Of a stretch of 60,654 nt of DNA, positions 26,201 through 36,518 are shown piece by piece. Under the pieces are notes generated by a model, which was not told the origin of the DNA, searched no databases, and saw only the letters and a program-made list of their open reading frames with translations. This stretch comes from a virus (lineage: Duplodnaviria; Caudoviricetes): positions 1 to 60,654 of the IMG/VR virus record IMGVR_UViG_3300031999_000020. The stretch is one strand, 5' to 3'. Within the stretch, counting starts at the first letter, position 1. Every line of letters begins with the position of its first letter. The position numbers were made by a program, and so were the translations under genes.

Positions 26201-29200
26201 ACATCGCAAAGCCTTCTCGCAGCTGCGATTCCGGATTCACAACTTCGCGGCCGTAGTCTAACTCATAGTGGTTGGCGAGTGCAGCCTTAACTTTGTTTGG
26301 AATATCGCTATAGTCGGAGCCGGTCTTATATTTGGAAACAAACACCGAGTCGAACACATGTCCGGCCAGTTCGTGCGCCAATGATTTGACATCTTCGTAT
26401 TTACCGACTTTCCCTAGCGATGCCATCCGATCCAAAAAACCGACAAAGCCGCGCGGCATACTGCCGCCGAAATGAACCCGTACGTCGCGGTCAAGCCATT
26501 TAGAAAACTTCAGAATATGCTCGGTTAACGTCTTAGGTGATAGCTTCTCTGTGCCGATGCCGGAGTGCTGCGGCTTGTTTGTATTCCAAAGTTCCTCGGG
26601 ACGGTCCTGCGGCGGACTCTTTACCAGCCGTGATCGGTCAGCAGAGGAGAGCGTTTCAGGGCGCCCTTCCAAAGAGGCGGAGTATTCGGCGTTGGTCATG
26701 TCTGCGGGTTTAGCATCAAGCGCCGATTCGACTACCGGGCTCCCTGCGGCTACGGTCTTTTTTACCTTCCCTTTCTTCCCAGTAGCTTTCACTGGCTCCG
26801 CAAACCCCTGCGGTGGCTCAGGCACACTCATTACTTTGTCTGCCCACTCAGACACCATAGTGAGCTTCTCGTCAAACGATTTCTTTCTAAGTCCAGGGAA
26901 CTCCTTATTGATGGCCTCTTCGATAAACTTAGATCGCGGTTTTTCCTGTGAGGCCGCCCCCGGCTCAAGCTTGGCTTTCGGCGCTTCAGGTTTGAGCTTG
27001 CCTGAAATAATGTCTTTAAACATCTGCGCTTTCGACCGTGCCGCGCCGAGCATATCCAATTTCTGACTATCTGCCAGTCCTTTGTGCGCAGGAAACTGCT
27101 TATTGAACTCTGCAATCGTCGCGTACTCACCGTCGGTACGATTCGAATGTACAGCGTCGAAGAAAGACTCATAGGACGCCTGACTTACAAGTCCGTCTTT
27201 AGAGAGCACGTACCATCGTTTATTGTATGGTACGATATGTCGCCCTTCAACTACGACGCCTTTGTCGTAGTCCACACCGGCCGGGGTGCCCTTTAAGCCT
27301 GCAGCGTCGAGGGACAGCCGGTTTGCGTGTTCCTGCCGAACACGATTCGCATCTTTGTCGGTATTGGATTCCGCTTGATTCCTGGCCTCAACTCCAAGTT
27401 TCTCTTTCTTATCGAGCTGGAAGATTAAATTATCTTCAGCAACTCTCCGGGTGCGCATAATAACGCCGGTTGGATGTTCCTCGGCGCCGCCGACCATACG
27501 ATTATAAACAATATTATCGCGCCAGCCCTTATATTTGGCGAGTTCATCGGTCTTTCCGGCAAACGTGCGCCAGTCTCTATAATATGCAGGCTTTGATGGG
27601 TCGGCGGCCTGCCCATCTAAGGTGCCTGCGTAAGTATCAAGCGCGTCCTGCGCTTCTACCCAGTCACTACGCGATGTTTCATAAGCCTTTTGCGGTGAAA
27701 TCTCATGCCAGGTTTTTTCGTATACTTGTTGTTTCTCGCGCGCAATACCCTTTAACCTGTCATATTCCCTAAGCTGCACAGCAAAAGCTTTACCGGCGTC
27801 ACTCGTCCATTTATCCGGATGCCCGGTAACTAGTTCGTTGTACCGAGTAACTATCGCATCGTCGTTTGCTTCAGTCGGTAAGTTGCGGAGTACCTTCTCA
27901 ACAGATGCAATATGCCCATCCACCGCCTCGACTGTATCGCCATCCCGCATTTCCCAGATATGCGGTTGTGTAATTCTAACTGACTTCTTATCAGCGCCGG
28001 GAGTTACTTCCATTCCGGCGTTTACAATAAGCTCGTCCATCGGAAGCATCATCGCTTCTCTAATGGAAAACGTCTCAGCGCCTGTTTCCTGTATCCGATT
28101 AAACTTGGCACCAAGCGCCGTCATTTCTTTATCACTTAGCGGCTTCTCGATAGTAATATCTACATAAGACGTGTCATCAACAGTTGGAATCCGCTGCGTT
28201 CCGGTTGTCTGTCCAGTTTGGCGCGCATTATCATCAAAGTTTTTGATGTTCTGCGCCATCCGTGCGGCCATAGTCTTGGCGTTTTCCACAGTAGTGAACT
28301 TAGAAAACGCGCCGCCGACCGCGCCTGCGATATAGGCGCTGAGCAGTTTGTCCTTTGTGACCACAGAGTGTCCTAGCACATGGCTTGCGGCTGTGCTCTG
28401 CCACCACTGCTGTCCGACCATGATCGGGCCTTCAACGCCCAATGACATCTTGGCCACCCACTTAGCAATTGATGCTGTCTGCTGTCGGCGTCCCAAGCCC
28501 GCAAAAATCGGAGGCGCTGCGAACTTTGAACTCATTACCGCAGCCGAAGCGATAGAGGAAACAAACGCACCGGGAGCCGAATCTAAACCGCCCTTCCATT
28601 GCTGCTCGACGGTGCCGTCTTCATCCGCAACTTCGTGCACACCCATATTCATGCCGATAACAGTGCCGGTCCCCCATTGTGCGGCTAATTCAGCGCCTGC
28701 GCCGAGCCCTTTGACCACGCGTCCGGCAGCGCCCATAACACCGAACATGCCGATGACGTTTCCTATTTGCTCCTCAACCATGTCCAACGTAGGGTGCTTT
28801 GGAACAGGTTTGCCATTCTCGTCTTCAACAACGCGGCCATTATAGTAAAGCAGCGCCTCTTCGCGGTCGCGGTCGATAAAGAAATTAGGCCAGGTTTTAG
28901 CGAATTCTTCCGCAACTGCAGCATACGCCATATTCTTTTGCTTTACGTCTGGGCTCACCCACGCGGCCGGCTCGTACCGCAACGCACCTGTAAGCGGTGA
29001 TATGGCCGTTTCTGTAATCGTACCCGCCAGGCGCCCGACATCCGCTCCGATGTACCGAAGCCACTGTGTGACTGGGCCTCTAGTGCGGTTATTAAAGCCT
29101 TCTAATTCATATGCTTTTGCTTTCTTAAAATACTCGTCCAGCCGGTCGCCGAGCAAAGAGGGGGTTATACCTAACTGAGTCATCTGCTGACGTACATCGG

Positions 29201-30290
29201 ATTCCCAGGTGTCTAGTGTTGCCACCGGGTCAACAGTATCCGCCGGTATTACGGGCAGCTCGCTTATAGAATTCACAATGTCTGCAATTGGTGGGAGCTT
29301 GTCCGGGTCTGTCGCGTTCCATGTGCTTGTAGCCAATTGCTTAACTATAGGCGTAACTTCAGAACTCCAACCGCCTGCGTGATATAATTTGTTCCAAGTA
29401 CTAATCTGATCTGTCGGCTCCATCGCAAGGAATTCGGGTGTACTGACTAATTCACGCGCCTTTTGTTTGAATTCATCTACAGACCCTGGCCCGGAAAACG
29501 GCGCAATTTGTGGGAAATCAGGAATAGCGCGCGGAGCTTGCGCAGGTAACTCTAATCTACTATCAGGCTCATCTGGAATCGCAGGCTGCGCGGCCGGGTC
29601 TTCCTGCGCTACGTTGGCGTACTTAGCGCCCGGAGCAAGTTCATCAGCGTACGCTTTATTCGCTGAGAAAAAGTCAAACTCGCCGCCGAGCACTCCGTCT
29701 TCAGCGCTTCCGTCTGCTGCGTCTGCCATCTCTGTTGGTGCCGACCGGGAACCTCCGGCTGTGGGTTCAGCGGCGGTGAAGTCCGTAAGCGCGTCTTTAC
29801 GCTCGGCAGACAGCCCACGGCGTGCAGGTCCGATAAACTTTCCTTCTGTGTCCGCTTGATCTCCATAATCACCCATTGCATTTGGATTTTTTTTTTCTCT
29901 AGCTAAAACGCTTGGAACATAATCGTAAGTTTCTTTCGGAAATCCCTTTAAAGATGAAATGCCAGCGAAGCTTTTATCGGCTGTTTGTTCAAGCCATTTA
30001 TCAACATTGCCTGAGCCGTAATTGTATGCCGCCAGCGCTAGTTCCCTATCGCCATGATACTGCACGTTTAAATCAGAAAGTAATACGCGCGCGGCATTTC
30101 GCGCATCAGCCTCGTCTCGAATATTTGCATCTTTAGGGATTTTGCCTTGACGCTTTAAGCTGTTAAACGTGCTCGGCATGAACTGATAAGGACCCTCTGC
30201 ACCTGCGGAACTTACAGCGTTTACATCGCCGCCGCTCTCCTGTTCGCGCACAGCATCAAGCAAATCATCAGTTACCGCGTCTTCGTACAT
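23286..30290 (-). CDS. Large internal virion/ejection protein: N-terminal lytic transglycosylase, central zincin-like motif, LPD38-like C-terminus
   Basis: QESGG..AGAEGPYQFMP..ALAAYNYG..ETYDYV; AHELAGH..EGFA; TNFGRQG..VPFF..; 2334 aa. Confidence 0.85.
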   Translation of the reverse strand: MYEDAVTDDLLDAVREQESGGDVNAVSSAGAEGPYQFMPSTFNSLKRQGKIPKDANIRDEADARNAARVLLSDLNVQYHGDRELALAAYNYGSGNVDKWLEQTADKSFAGISSLKGFPKETYDYVPSVLAREKKNPNAMGDYGDQADTEGKFIGPARRGLSAERKDALTDFTAAEPTAGGSRSAPTEMADAADGSAEDGVLGGEFDFFSANKAYADELAPGAKYANVAQEDPAAQPAIPDEPDSRLELPAQAPRAIPDFPQIAPFSGPGSVDEFKQKARELVSTPEFLAMEPTDQISTWNKLYHAGGWSSEVTPIVKQLATSTWNATDPDKLPPIADIVNSISELPVIPADTVDPVATLDTWESDVRQQMTQLGITPSLLGDRLDEYFKKAKAYELEGFNNRTRGPVTQWLRYIGADVGRLAGTITETAISPLTGALRYEPAAWVSPDVKQKNMAYAAVAEEFAKTWPNFFIDRDREEALLYYNGRVVEDENGKPVPKHPTLDMVEEQIGNVIGMFGVMGAAGRVVKGLGAGAELAAQWGTGTVIGMNMGVHEVADEDGTVEQQWKGGLDSAPGAFVSSIASAAVMSSKFAAPPIFAGLGRRQQTASIAKWVAKMSLGVEGPIMVGQQWWQSTAASHVLGHSVVTKDKLLSAYIAGAVGGAFSKFTTVENAKTMAARMAQNIKNFDDNARQTGQTTGTQRIPTVDDTSYVDITIEKPLSDKEMTALGAKFNRIQETGAETFSIREAMMLPMDELIVNAGMEVTPGADKKSVRITQPHIWEMRDGDTVEAVDGHIASVEKVLRNLPTEANDDAIVTRYNELVTGHPDKWTSDAGKAFAVQLREYDRLKGIAREKQQVYEKTWHEISPQKAYETSRSDWVEAQDALDTYAGTLDGQAADPSKPAYYRDWRTFAGKTDELAKYKGWRDNIVYNRMVGGAEEHPTGVIMRTRRVAEDNLIFQLDKKEKLGVEARNQAESNTDKDANRVRQEHANRLSLDAAGLKGTPAGVDYDKGVVVEGRHIVPYNKRWYVLSKDGLVSQASYESFFDAVHSNRTDGEYATIAEFNKQFPAHKGLADSQKLDMLGAARSKAQMFKDIISGKLKPEAPKAKLEPGAASQEKPRSKFIEEAINKEFPGLRKKSFDEKLTMVSEWADKVMSVPEPPQGFAEPVKATGKKGKVKKTVAAGSPVVESALDAKPADMTNAEYSASLEGRPETLSSADRSRLVKSPPQDRPEELWNTNKPQHSGIGTEKLSPKTLTEHILKFSKWLDRDVRVHFGGSMPRGFVGFLDRMASLGKVGKYEDVKSLAHELAGHVFDSVFVSKYKTGSDYSDIPNKVKAALANHYELDYGREVVNPESQLREGFAMWMEHRLTEQPTRKEVDNWFDGKFRQERPEAWTRLEALHKEMFKYYDQSSSNFRDMQAARKPQSKLSKAAEKANLPWVAERFWQRYQELGRHDKGTQEYIDAAVAYGLLEPKDIPPKLLDQMETNQRWAAFGLNEVTGRPVYADGHYDESLRGMLNLHQVIKSVGKKKETPLIGVLMARRALAGYAAKGLAMRGWNIEDALSIVREGMSDNNIRQAVHNYDTWVAHQNNNIASMSPDSRAAVAHQRAGNLEALENAHKIDPRLSEVIQFSARPEDGMWVPMMGEEYSKIKSYRALQGSSMPAIDPRLTWGPSIIGMYKHAGQRAVLSNTVARMDMAPLAAVGHIVHELTGTRAVEAGKLLQAKIKADLGAEYTEHRGRISEAMVNFLDPWIAAKEGKQGFSYFSVMDKDGKLRFFETSRAFQKAVKDELPAFTYHPLFKIFVKTPAAAVRTFATSLSLPFQMKNLMRDGPTAYRWLDTQGIGAEDLLRLGHHMGAGLIDQAQFYAGRTKDDSYFARFVGMGLEHATNLGTQRHLGVEAEGKYTGTVLRTWEHTLNAIEALGSASELSTRTAVARMVMEDMKKGPNDPLSPLEAVEVAAAFQRGTTNFGRQGSWTRVVNMGVPFFTAGIAGLERIPSDIKRNPKKMATLVASGLALGIYHAIAHSEEQWYKETPIDAKVKQAWFAGKFGNTIKPFAIALDEWTGFGWGLGQAIGNGMSKDPNLRPEIKDTAAAYFGQQLSPVRSVLDLAGPVLKETAAQLENWDRTFDRYIVPPNINYRKLEEQATEYTTSFAKKAAHMFGGSPIRWDHVFRAMLPAAQRYWQLGDKLLASENIDQNRSIWGFLLSARTGTKNNVMDNSSRLFFNGLFDARENSAGETAEEAQTRKKLEKINTNLSYLNQMLHFEVDQTTREEMKQEKNGLLTLGLDILRGEPVNVPSSGWKAAAQALRKQQTAKAKSEAQAARELSLRGATE

Positions 30291-31927
30291 TACTCACCTA
30301 TCTCGCCCAAAAGCGTATCGCCGAGGTCAGACCGATTACGCACTGCCTGCGCTTTAGCTGTCTGGCGCGCATACCAGGCGCTAGTAATTCCACGTAGATC
30401 ATTTATGATAACACGTCTTTGTTCCCGCAGATACAGTTCAAATGGGGTCTTAACCGGCGCCAGTGTTCGTTCCGGATTTGCCCAGTTGAGAAACGAATCC
30501 GCCACAGAGCCCGGTAAAGGCAATATCCATGGCTGCAAACTGTCGTTATATGCTGTAACCCGAGCAGCAGTATACGCACTCCGCACGACCGGACTCTTAA
30601 ATCTATCTACCGCTATCCCGTTGACCAGTGTATCAAAATGCGCGATAGGCATCCGGCTAAAGACATCTTGTGTGCGTAATTCAGGTTTAGCCAAATAATC
30701 GTTAACATAACCCTGTAACTCAGCGAGTGGTCTTTTCAAGTACTGCGTCGTCTGAGGGCTCAGCCGTAACTGCGTCTGGACCGCCTCTTCAAACGTCGCG
30801 GGAGGACGCTGCGTCTGTCCGGTAGATGGCTGTGCAGCCCCGGCACGGCCGCCTTGCGGTCCAGCATTTGTCGGGTTTCGAAGTTCTTGTATCTTCTGCT
30901 GGTAAACAGAGCCGCTCAGTGCAAGTTGCGCTTCTTGCAACTTCTGAATATCTTTCTTGTCTGCTTCGTTGACCGTTGCGATCAGTCTTTCTCGTCCAGT
31001 CTTAGGATCAATATATGCATATTCCGTAAGCGGATCAGTCGATGATGGCACATACCGCGGATTTGGTACTTTATTGCCCACTTCGTCGGTCTGATAAAAG
31101 CTGTCAGTCCCCACCTTCCACTGCTTAGCATGATTCATAACTAAACTAGGAACGTCTTCTTTAGTTAATTTAAATTTACTTAAATTTAGCGCTCGAAGCC
31201 CATCATTTGTAGTCTCGGCTGTATCCACTAACTGCTTATAGGCCGGACCATTCTTTTTGATATTGTTTGCATGCGCTGCGCTTAAACTCTCTATCTGCAG
31301 CTCTGTTCCCACACGCTGACGTGTAGCTGGGTCTATATCTTGCCTCTGTAGAATACTACCCAGAAGTTGCGCGCGTGCGCCTGGACGCTGGCTGAACAAG
31401 TCATTAAAATCTGTACCAAACGCTGCGTTTACAAGTTCGTCTGCGGTCGTGTCCTTACTGCGTGTAAGCGTCTTATAATCATTTGCTTGTTTGAACGTGT
31501 CTGCTTGATACTGAGCCTGCTCCCGTGTGGCTTTTAACTGTTCAAGTTTAGTATCAGCAATCGTCTGTTCGTTAGTTTTCGCATACTTGAGATTAATATC
31601 TGTAATATCATTCTGCGCCTGAGCAGTATCTACGCGTGTCTGTGCGAGTTGATTCGCGCGCTCAATACTCTCCGGTGACGCCGCATTCTGCGCTATCGCG
31701 GCCTGAGCCTGTGCTCCCTGAATCTTAGCCTTATTAAGTTCAATCTGCTGAAAGCCGGAATAAATATCCAGTCCAGTTTGAATACCTTTTATACCGCCCT
31801 GAATGAGTGCAGTTGTAGTAGATGGCAGCGCATTACCGGCGTTTATTCCAGCGTTTGCTGCCTGTGGATAGAGGTTAATATCAACCGGCGCCTGCGGGTA
31901 TGGGGTAAAGATATCATAGCCGGCCAT
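30290..31927 (-). CDS. Putative ejection / internal virion protein
   Basis: Q/A-rich helical N-terminus; directly upstream of the SLT giant protein. Confidence 0.6.
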   Translation of the reverse strand: MAGYDIFTPYPQAPVDINLYPQAANAGINAGNALPSTTTALIQGGIKGIQTGLDIYSGFQQIELNKAKIQGAQAQAAIAQNAASPESIERANQLAQTRVDTAQAQNDITDINLKYAKTNEQTIADTKLEQLKATREQAQYQADTFKQANDYKTLTRSKDTTADELVNAAFGTDFNDLFSQRPGARAQLLGSILQRQDIDPATRQRVGTELQIESLSAAHANNIKKNGPAYKQLVDTAETTNDGLRALNLSKFKLTKEDVPSLVMNHAKQWKVGTDSFYQTDEVGNKVPNPRYVPSSTDPLTEYAYIDPKTGRERLIATVNEADKKDIQKLQEAQLALSGSVYQQKIQELRNPTNAGPQGGRAGAAQPSTGQTQRPPATFEEAVQTQLRLSPQTTQYLKRPLAELQGYVNDYLAKPELRTQDVFSRMPIAHFDTLVNGIAVDRFKSPVVRSAYTAARVTAYNDSLQPWILPLPGSVADSFLNWANPERTLAPVKTPFELYLREQRRVIINDLRGITSAWYARQTAKAQAVRNRSDLGDTLLGEIGE

Positions 31928-32302
31928 TTAACGTACCGCCTTGCCGAATTTCATTCGATTACGCGCTTTAACTTGGTTCTTCGTCGATGTCGTAGGTGCT
32001 ACCTTTGCCGCCCGTTTCTCGGCCGCAATTTTAAGTCCCTTATCCTTAGCCGATATGAGCGTTTGCGCCAGTTTAAAAGAATCGGGATCAAACACTAAAT
32101 CGGCCGCATGCTGCATTCCACGAAGGTCCGCTTCATTAAACCGCTTTTCAGAAAACCCCTGATTAATCAACTGATACGCATCTGCTTTGGACTTAATCCC
32201 TTTAGACGCGAACAGTTTCCGCATGCTGGTCATGCCGATTTTGAACTTCGCGGGGTCTAACATATCCGGCGAAGTACCCGACATCATATTTGTCTTAGCC
32301 AT
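31928..32302 (-). CDS. Hypothetical basic protein (virion module)
   Basis: Tightly packed operon ORF. Confidence 0.6.
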   Translation of the reverse strand: MAKTNMMSGTSPDMLDPAKFKIGMTSMRKLFASKGIKSKADAYQLINQGFSEKRFNEADLRGMQHAADLVFDPDSFKLAQTLISAKDKGLKIAAEKRAAKVAPTTSTKNQVKARNRMKFGKAVR

Positions 32303-32303
32303 A

Positions 32304-32681
32304 TTATGCTGACTTCCCAGGCATCAAATGTCCAAATAACTTATAAAGCGGATTTATCTGGCGATCCGCGTGTTCTAATTTATCCACAGTTCCCGGCCAA
32401 TGTTTCTCTGCAAACCCACGAAACATACCAACCAGACCACCGGTAAAGTAATCACCAACCCCCTGCGCACCGGCAAGCGCCACCTGTTGCGCCTGCTCCT
32501 CGCCGCTCTTAGTGGGATCAGGACTGCGCACAGAATTAATGAATTGCGGAATGTCCTGCGCTGCCGACGCCCAACTGCCACCCCCGCCAGCGCCGACGCT
32601 TGCTTGGTCGATTCCTGCGTCTGTACCGCCGCCGATCATGCGCCCAAGCGCTATCTGAATAAACTGATTTAGAAAATCCAT
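32304..32681 (-). CDS. Hypothetical Gly-rich protein (putative internal virion protein)
   Basis: Operon position; G/A-rich composition. Confidence 0.6.
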   Translation of the reverse strand: MDFLNQFIQIALGRMIGGGTDAGIDQASVGAGGGGSWASAAQDIPQFINSVRSPDPTKSGEEQAQQVALAGAQGVGDYFTGGLVGMFRGFAEKHWPGTVDKLEHADRQINPLYKLFGHLMPGKSA

Positions 32682-32686
32682 GCCTA

Positions 32687-35314
32687 TTATCCTACATTCT
32701 TAAACATGGACGAAATTGACAAGGCGGCCTGCTCCTCTGGGCTCATGTTGTATACACCAGCCAACACAGACGAACCACCAACAATAGCCTTACCTGCGGG
32801 TGCCGGTTTCCAGCTCTTATACACGGCTTTGGCGCTAAGTGAGCTACCGCCGCTGCCGGCCGCAGTTCCGACCAGTCCGCCGATATCAGAAGCAATAGCG
32901 GTTGCTACATGGTCTTTCGGTACTGCCAGGATACCCTTGTCGTCAGATGATACGGTAGTGTATCCAGACGGAACACGTGTACCAGCCCTGGCTTTAATGG
33001 CGCCTACACCGAGCGAAGGAACACCCCGCCAACCAGCGGATCCGAGCTTCTCGCGCGTAATGCCGGGTACTGCAGCCCCTTTGGTGCCGTGACCCAGCAT
33101 ACCGAGTGACTTAGCGGTGTCTGCTACTTCCAGCAGATTACCCGCACGGCCGGTCTTTACCGCATGCACGTCATTGACAGTCTCCCAGGCGTCTGCCATC
33201 GCATACGCGTTATACCCGGATTTGACCAGAATCATTGCCTGGCTGACCGTCATTGGTTTGTATGGCGTACCTTCAGTGGCCGGCACCACTTTAGTATCAA
33301 AGCCCTTCTTGTCTGAAAACTTGAAATTCTGAATACCAAGATTAGAGAGCGCTAAGCTTTTCTGAGACGCGCTCATCCGGTCCCAAGCCTGATATAGTTG
33401 ATGTGACGCGTAAGCGGCTTCTTTGTTACTGGCAGCTGAACCAATACCAAGTCCACCTAACGTAGCGCCGACAAAACCGCCGCCGTCCTGCGCTGCGGAC
33501 AGCGTGTCCAGCCGGGACTGCATACGCTCAGAGCCTGCCACTGTACCGATTTGTCCAAGTGCGGCCTCATCTTCGGGTGTCATAACACCTAGTGGGGCCA
33601 GCGCCTGTGCCGCGCCAGCTACAACCGCCGCTCCGGCTCCGGCATTAGATGACTGCATAAGCGCAGTACTACCAAACATCTGGTCGCCTGCGAGATTCAT
33701 GCCGATAGCCTGTTGCCCAGGCACCGAGGCATAAGACACACCGGCGCTATTTAGTACTGAACCCGCCGAGAGTAGCGCGCGGCTGACTGTGGCCTGCTGC
33801 GCGCCAGTGGGATCTAATCTAATCCCGGTATCCGCACTAAATGTGCTCATGTTTGCAGCAATCGTCTCTGTAGGGGCTGCGGACATTGAGCCATCCGACA
33901 TCGGAGCCAACGCTGTATATCCAGACGGAACTGAAGCCGCGTCTTCAAACTGCGCTGCGCGCGGAACCGCAGCTGGTGTTGAAATATCCGCGGCTTGTGC
34001 CGACTGTGCGCCATCACTGGTTGAGGATACGGGAGCTGACCGGAAAAACCCACCTATAAATTGTTCGACAGCGGAAGCACCACCACCACCGCCGCCGCCG
34101 CCAAGAATACCGTCGAGTATTCCAGATCCGGCGACTCCTGAAACTATTCCAGTGATTCCCTGCATAATACTGGAACCAGTATTCGCGCCTTGAGCCTGCC
34201 CCATGTAATCAGAATATATCTGCTGTGCAGCCTGCTGTTGCTGCACTCCAAGCGCGGCCTGATTATTAGACGTTGTAGCGCCGGCGACAGCTCCGGCCTG
34301 GGCCACCTGATAACCAAACTTAGCTAACGAGAACTGATTAGCGACCCCAGCATTAAACTGGGAGTTCTGCAACTCGTTACTGGCATTGAACTCACCAACC
34401 TGAATCTTGTTGGCAGTGTTGAACTGTCTGTTCTGCTGTATCTGTGACGACCGATATTGTCGCTGTTGAATCTGTGCAGACATCGCAGTCTGCGCGGGAA
34501 TCATACCAAGTTGATTAGCCTCCGAATAAGCAGCCGCGGCCAACCGGCCGGCGCCGACTTCAGGCATAACACGTATTTGTGTACCAGCATCTGAGTACTC
34601 GGTTGGCGCCAACTCCAAAGCTGCGGTGGATTGCAAATTAGATCCGAGTAACTGCTCACCCATCATGCCGACCTGCATACGCTGCTCAGCAGACATGAGG
34701 TCAGATGCCTTCCGTGACACAGAGCTGCCCGCACCAAACCCACCTGCGGACGACATATCAGCCGAGGCAGACCTGCTGTTTAGCGACATCGCCGCGTCCA
34801 TCATCGAGTCAGGAAGTCTACCGGAAGCATATGTCTGTGCGCGACCAAACTGATCTTTGAGCGCCGCGCGCGCGCCAGGCATGGTTGAATCCACCTGCTG
34901 CGTGCGCATGTACTGGTTAAACAGATTATCAATCGCAGTTTCATTGCGTTTGAGCGCGGCTGCAGCCGGTGCAAAATGCTGCAAACCCTGGAGTTCCGTA
35001 TCAAGTTCAGCCAGTCCGATCTTCTGACCGAACTGAAAGTTCTTCGCCATCTCGCTACGCGCAAAATTGCCATACTTCTTAGCGAACTTTATCGGATTAA
35101 GATGCTTGTAGGGCGCAATATTAGACTTATACCACTTAGCCGGATCATACGTAGCGAACTCCGCACCGGGAAACATCCCGCTCAAGTCTTCCGGCGCGAC
35201 GGCTCCCTCGGATGCATCACCAGGTGGTGTAATAGTACCTGCAACTACCGATGGCCCCGGACCTTGTTCATTTCCAACCCCGCCGTAAGGTGCACCACCA
35301 GATGAACCGCCCAT
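32687..35314 (-). CDS. Putative ejection / pilot protein
   Basis: MGGSSGG start; QFN repeats (QQNRQFN, GEFNA, SQFNA); A/G/Q-rich. Confidence 0.65.
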   Translation of the reverse strand: MGGSSGGAPYGGVGNEQGPGPSVVAGTITPPGDASEGAVAPEDLSGMFPGAEFATYDPAKWYKSNIAPYKHLNPIKFAKKYGNFARSEMAKNFQFGQKIGLAELDTELQGLQHFAPAAAALKRNETAIDNLFNQYMRTQQVDSTMPGARAALKDQFGRAQTYASGRLPDSMMDAAMSLNSRSASADMSSAGGFGAGSSVSRKASDLMSAEQRMQVGMMGEQLLGSNLQSTAALELAPTEYSDAGTQIRVMPEVGAGRLAAAAYSEANQLGMIPAQTAMSAQIQQRQYRSSQIQQNRQFNTANKIQVGEFNASNELQNSQFNAGVANQFSLAKFGYQVAQAGAVAGATTSNNQAALGVQQQQAAQQIYSDYMGQAQGANTGSSIMQGITGIVSGVAGSGILDGILGGGGGGGGASAVEQFIGGFFRSAPVSSTSDGAQSAQAADISTPAAVPRAAQFEDAASVPSGYTALAPMSDGSMSAAPTETIAANMSTFSADTGIRLDPTGAQQATVSRALLSAGSVLNSAGVSYASVPGQQAIGMNLAGDQMFGSTALMQSSNAGAGAAVVAGAAQALAPLGVMTPEDEAALGQIGTVAGSERMQSRLDTLSAAQDGGGFVGATLGGLGIGSAASNKEAAYASHQLYQAWDRMSASQKSLALSNLGIQNFKFSDKKGFDTKVVPATEGTPYKPMTVSQAMILVKSGYNAYAMADAWETVNDVHAVKTGRAGNLLEVADTAKSLGMLGHGTKGAAVPGITREKLGSAGWRGVPSLGVGAIKARAGTRVPSGYTTVSSDDKGILAVPKDHVATAIASDIGGLVGTAAGSGGSSLSAKAVYKSWKPAPAGKAIVGGSSVLAGVYNMSPEEQAALSISSMFKNVG

Positions 35315-36297
35315 TAGTACCCCACAATGTTTTTAATCGCACACCCCGACATCATAGGAAAAACCTCCATCGGTTGTGATGTGGCCGGTTTCTTGTATGT
35401 CGTCTCTTGCATTATAATCTTACCTAGCAGCGCGTCTTTTGCTTGGCTGGTAGCCACATCCCCGATAACATCCGCGTGAACCCGCTGCCCGGCAAGTCGT
35501 ATAGCGAGCAGATTATCAAAGGGTATAAATTCATTATTAGCGTACCGGTCTTTAATACGGATACGACCAAGCACGGATACCTTGACGGTTCGTCCGGCAT
35601 ACGGTCCTGTAAGTCTGTATCGGCGATACGACGGGTTTTCTTCATATGGTGTGTAATCCGCTAAAAAGACCGTACGTTGTGTGGTAGGATTATATGATAG
35701 CAACTGTACATAACCGTTCGTTCTGGATTTCTGAACACCGGTTATCTTACTAAATGTCGCCTGCGTGTATCTGAATTCTCCACGTTTAAGTTTAAGAACT
35801 TCGCCATAAACTTGAACGCCCGCGTGATTTGTCACAATCTCACGCCCGGTCATATCTAGACCTTGTACCACCACCTGAGCACCCGTGTCTTCACACGCTG
35901 TAGCAATAACCGCAGGTCTTCCGCCTTCAGACGGTATATCGTATACGGTGGGATACATATTTGGTTCTTCAGAAAGTGCTTCGTTCGCCTCACAACACCC
36001 AGTCCCCGATAAAGTTTCTCCGGGATAGAATTGAAACCAGCGATCCCAGACCTCACCGACTACATTATCTACCTTAACCTTAAGTGGAACATCCAATTCG
36101 TAGGGCAGCGTAATGCATCCTTGATAGGCATTGAAACAATATGTTCGTTGATTGCCGTATGCCCCGGAAATGAGCATGAACTGAAGAACTTCGCGCGCAA
36201 AGAGGTCTACTTCTTCGCTGTTCTCAGAATAACACTTGCCGCCGCGCCCGGCGTATTGCGCCAAAATCTTCTTGACATCAGCATACGTGACCGACAA
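35314..36297 (-). CDS. Putative head-tail adaptor / tail tubular protein A
   Basis: Size, position and GCITLP..YRRY pattern; assigned from context. Confidence 0.5.
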   Translation of the reverse strand: MSVTYADVKKILAQYAGRGGKCYSENSEEVDLFAREVLQFMLISGAYGNQRTYCFNAYQGCITLPYELDVPLKVKVDNVVGEVWDRWFQFYPGETLSGTGCCEANEALSEEPNMYPTVYDIPSEGGRPAVIATACEDTGAQVVVQGLDMTGREIVTNHAGVQVYGEVLKLKRGEFRYTQATFSKITGVQKSRTNGYVQLLSYNPTTQRTVFLADYTPYEENPSYRRYRLTGPYAGRTVKVSVLGRIRIKDRYANNEFIPFDNLLAIRLAGQRVHADVIGDVATSQAKDALLGKIIMQETTYKKPATSQPMEVFPMMSGCAIKNIVGY

Positions 36298-36311
36298 AGT
36301 GCACCCCCCAT

Positions 36312-36509
36312 TTAAACAGGCGGCTTCAAGAGCGGCGTCTGTATCTGACTAATACTGCCAGACACAGGCGCCACTGCTTTACGTACCGACGATATAGGAC
36401 GACGCTGTTGCGCCGCCCGACGCGCAGTTTCACGTGACGTTTGTTGCTGCGCTAGTTGATCGGCGGTACGTGTCGGACGCTGGTACTTTCGTCCACATCC
36501 TGCACACAT
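36312..36509 (-). CDS. Small protein with N-terminal CxxC
   Basis: MCAGCGRKY..; SD aggat. Confidence 0.6.
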   Translation of the reverse strand: MCAGCGRKYQRPTRTADQLAQQQTSRETARRAAQQRRPISSVRKAVAPVSGSISQIQTPLLKPPV

Positions 36510-36518
36510 ATATCCTAC

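Noticed and set aside
23286-30290. Virion RNA polymerase in the giant protein
   Set aside because: Neither N4-like single-subunit nor DxDxD double-psi-barrel polymerase motifs were recognised.
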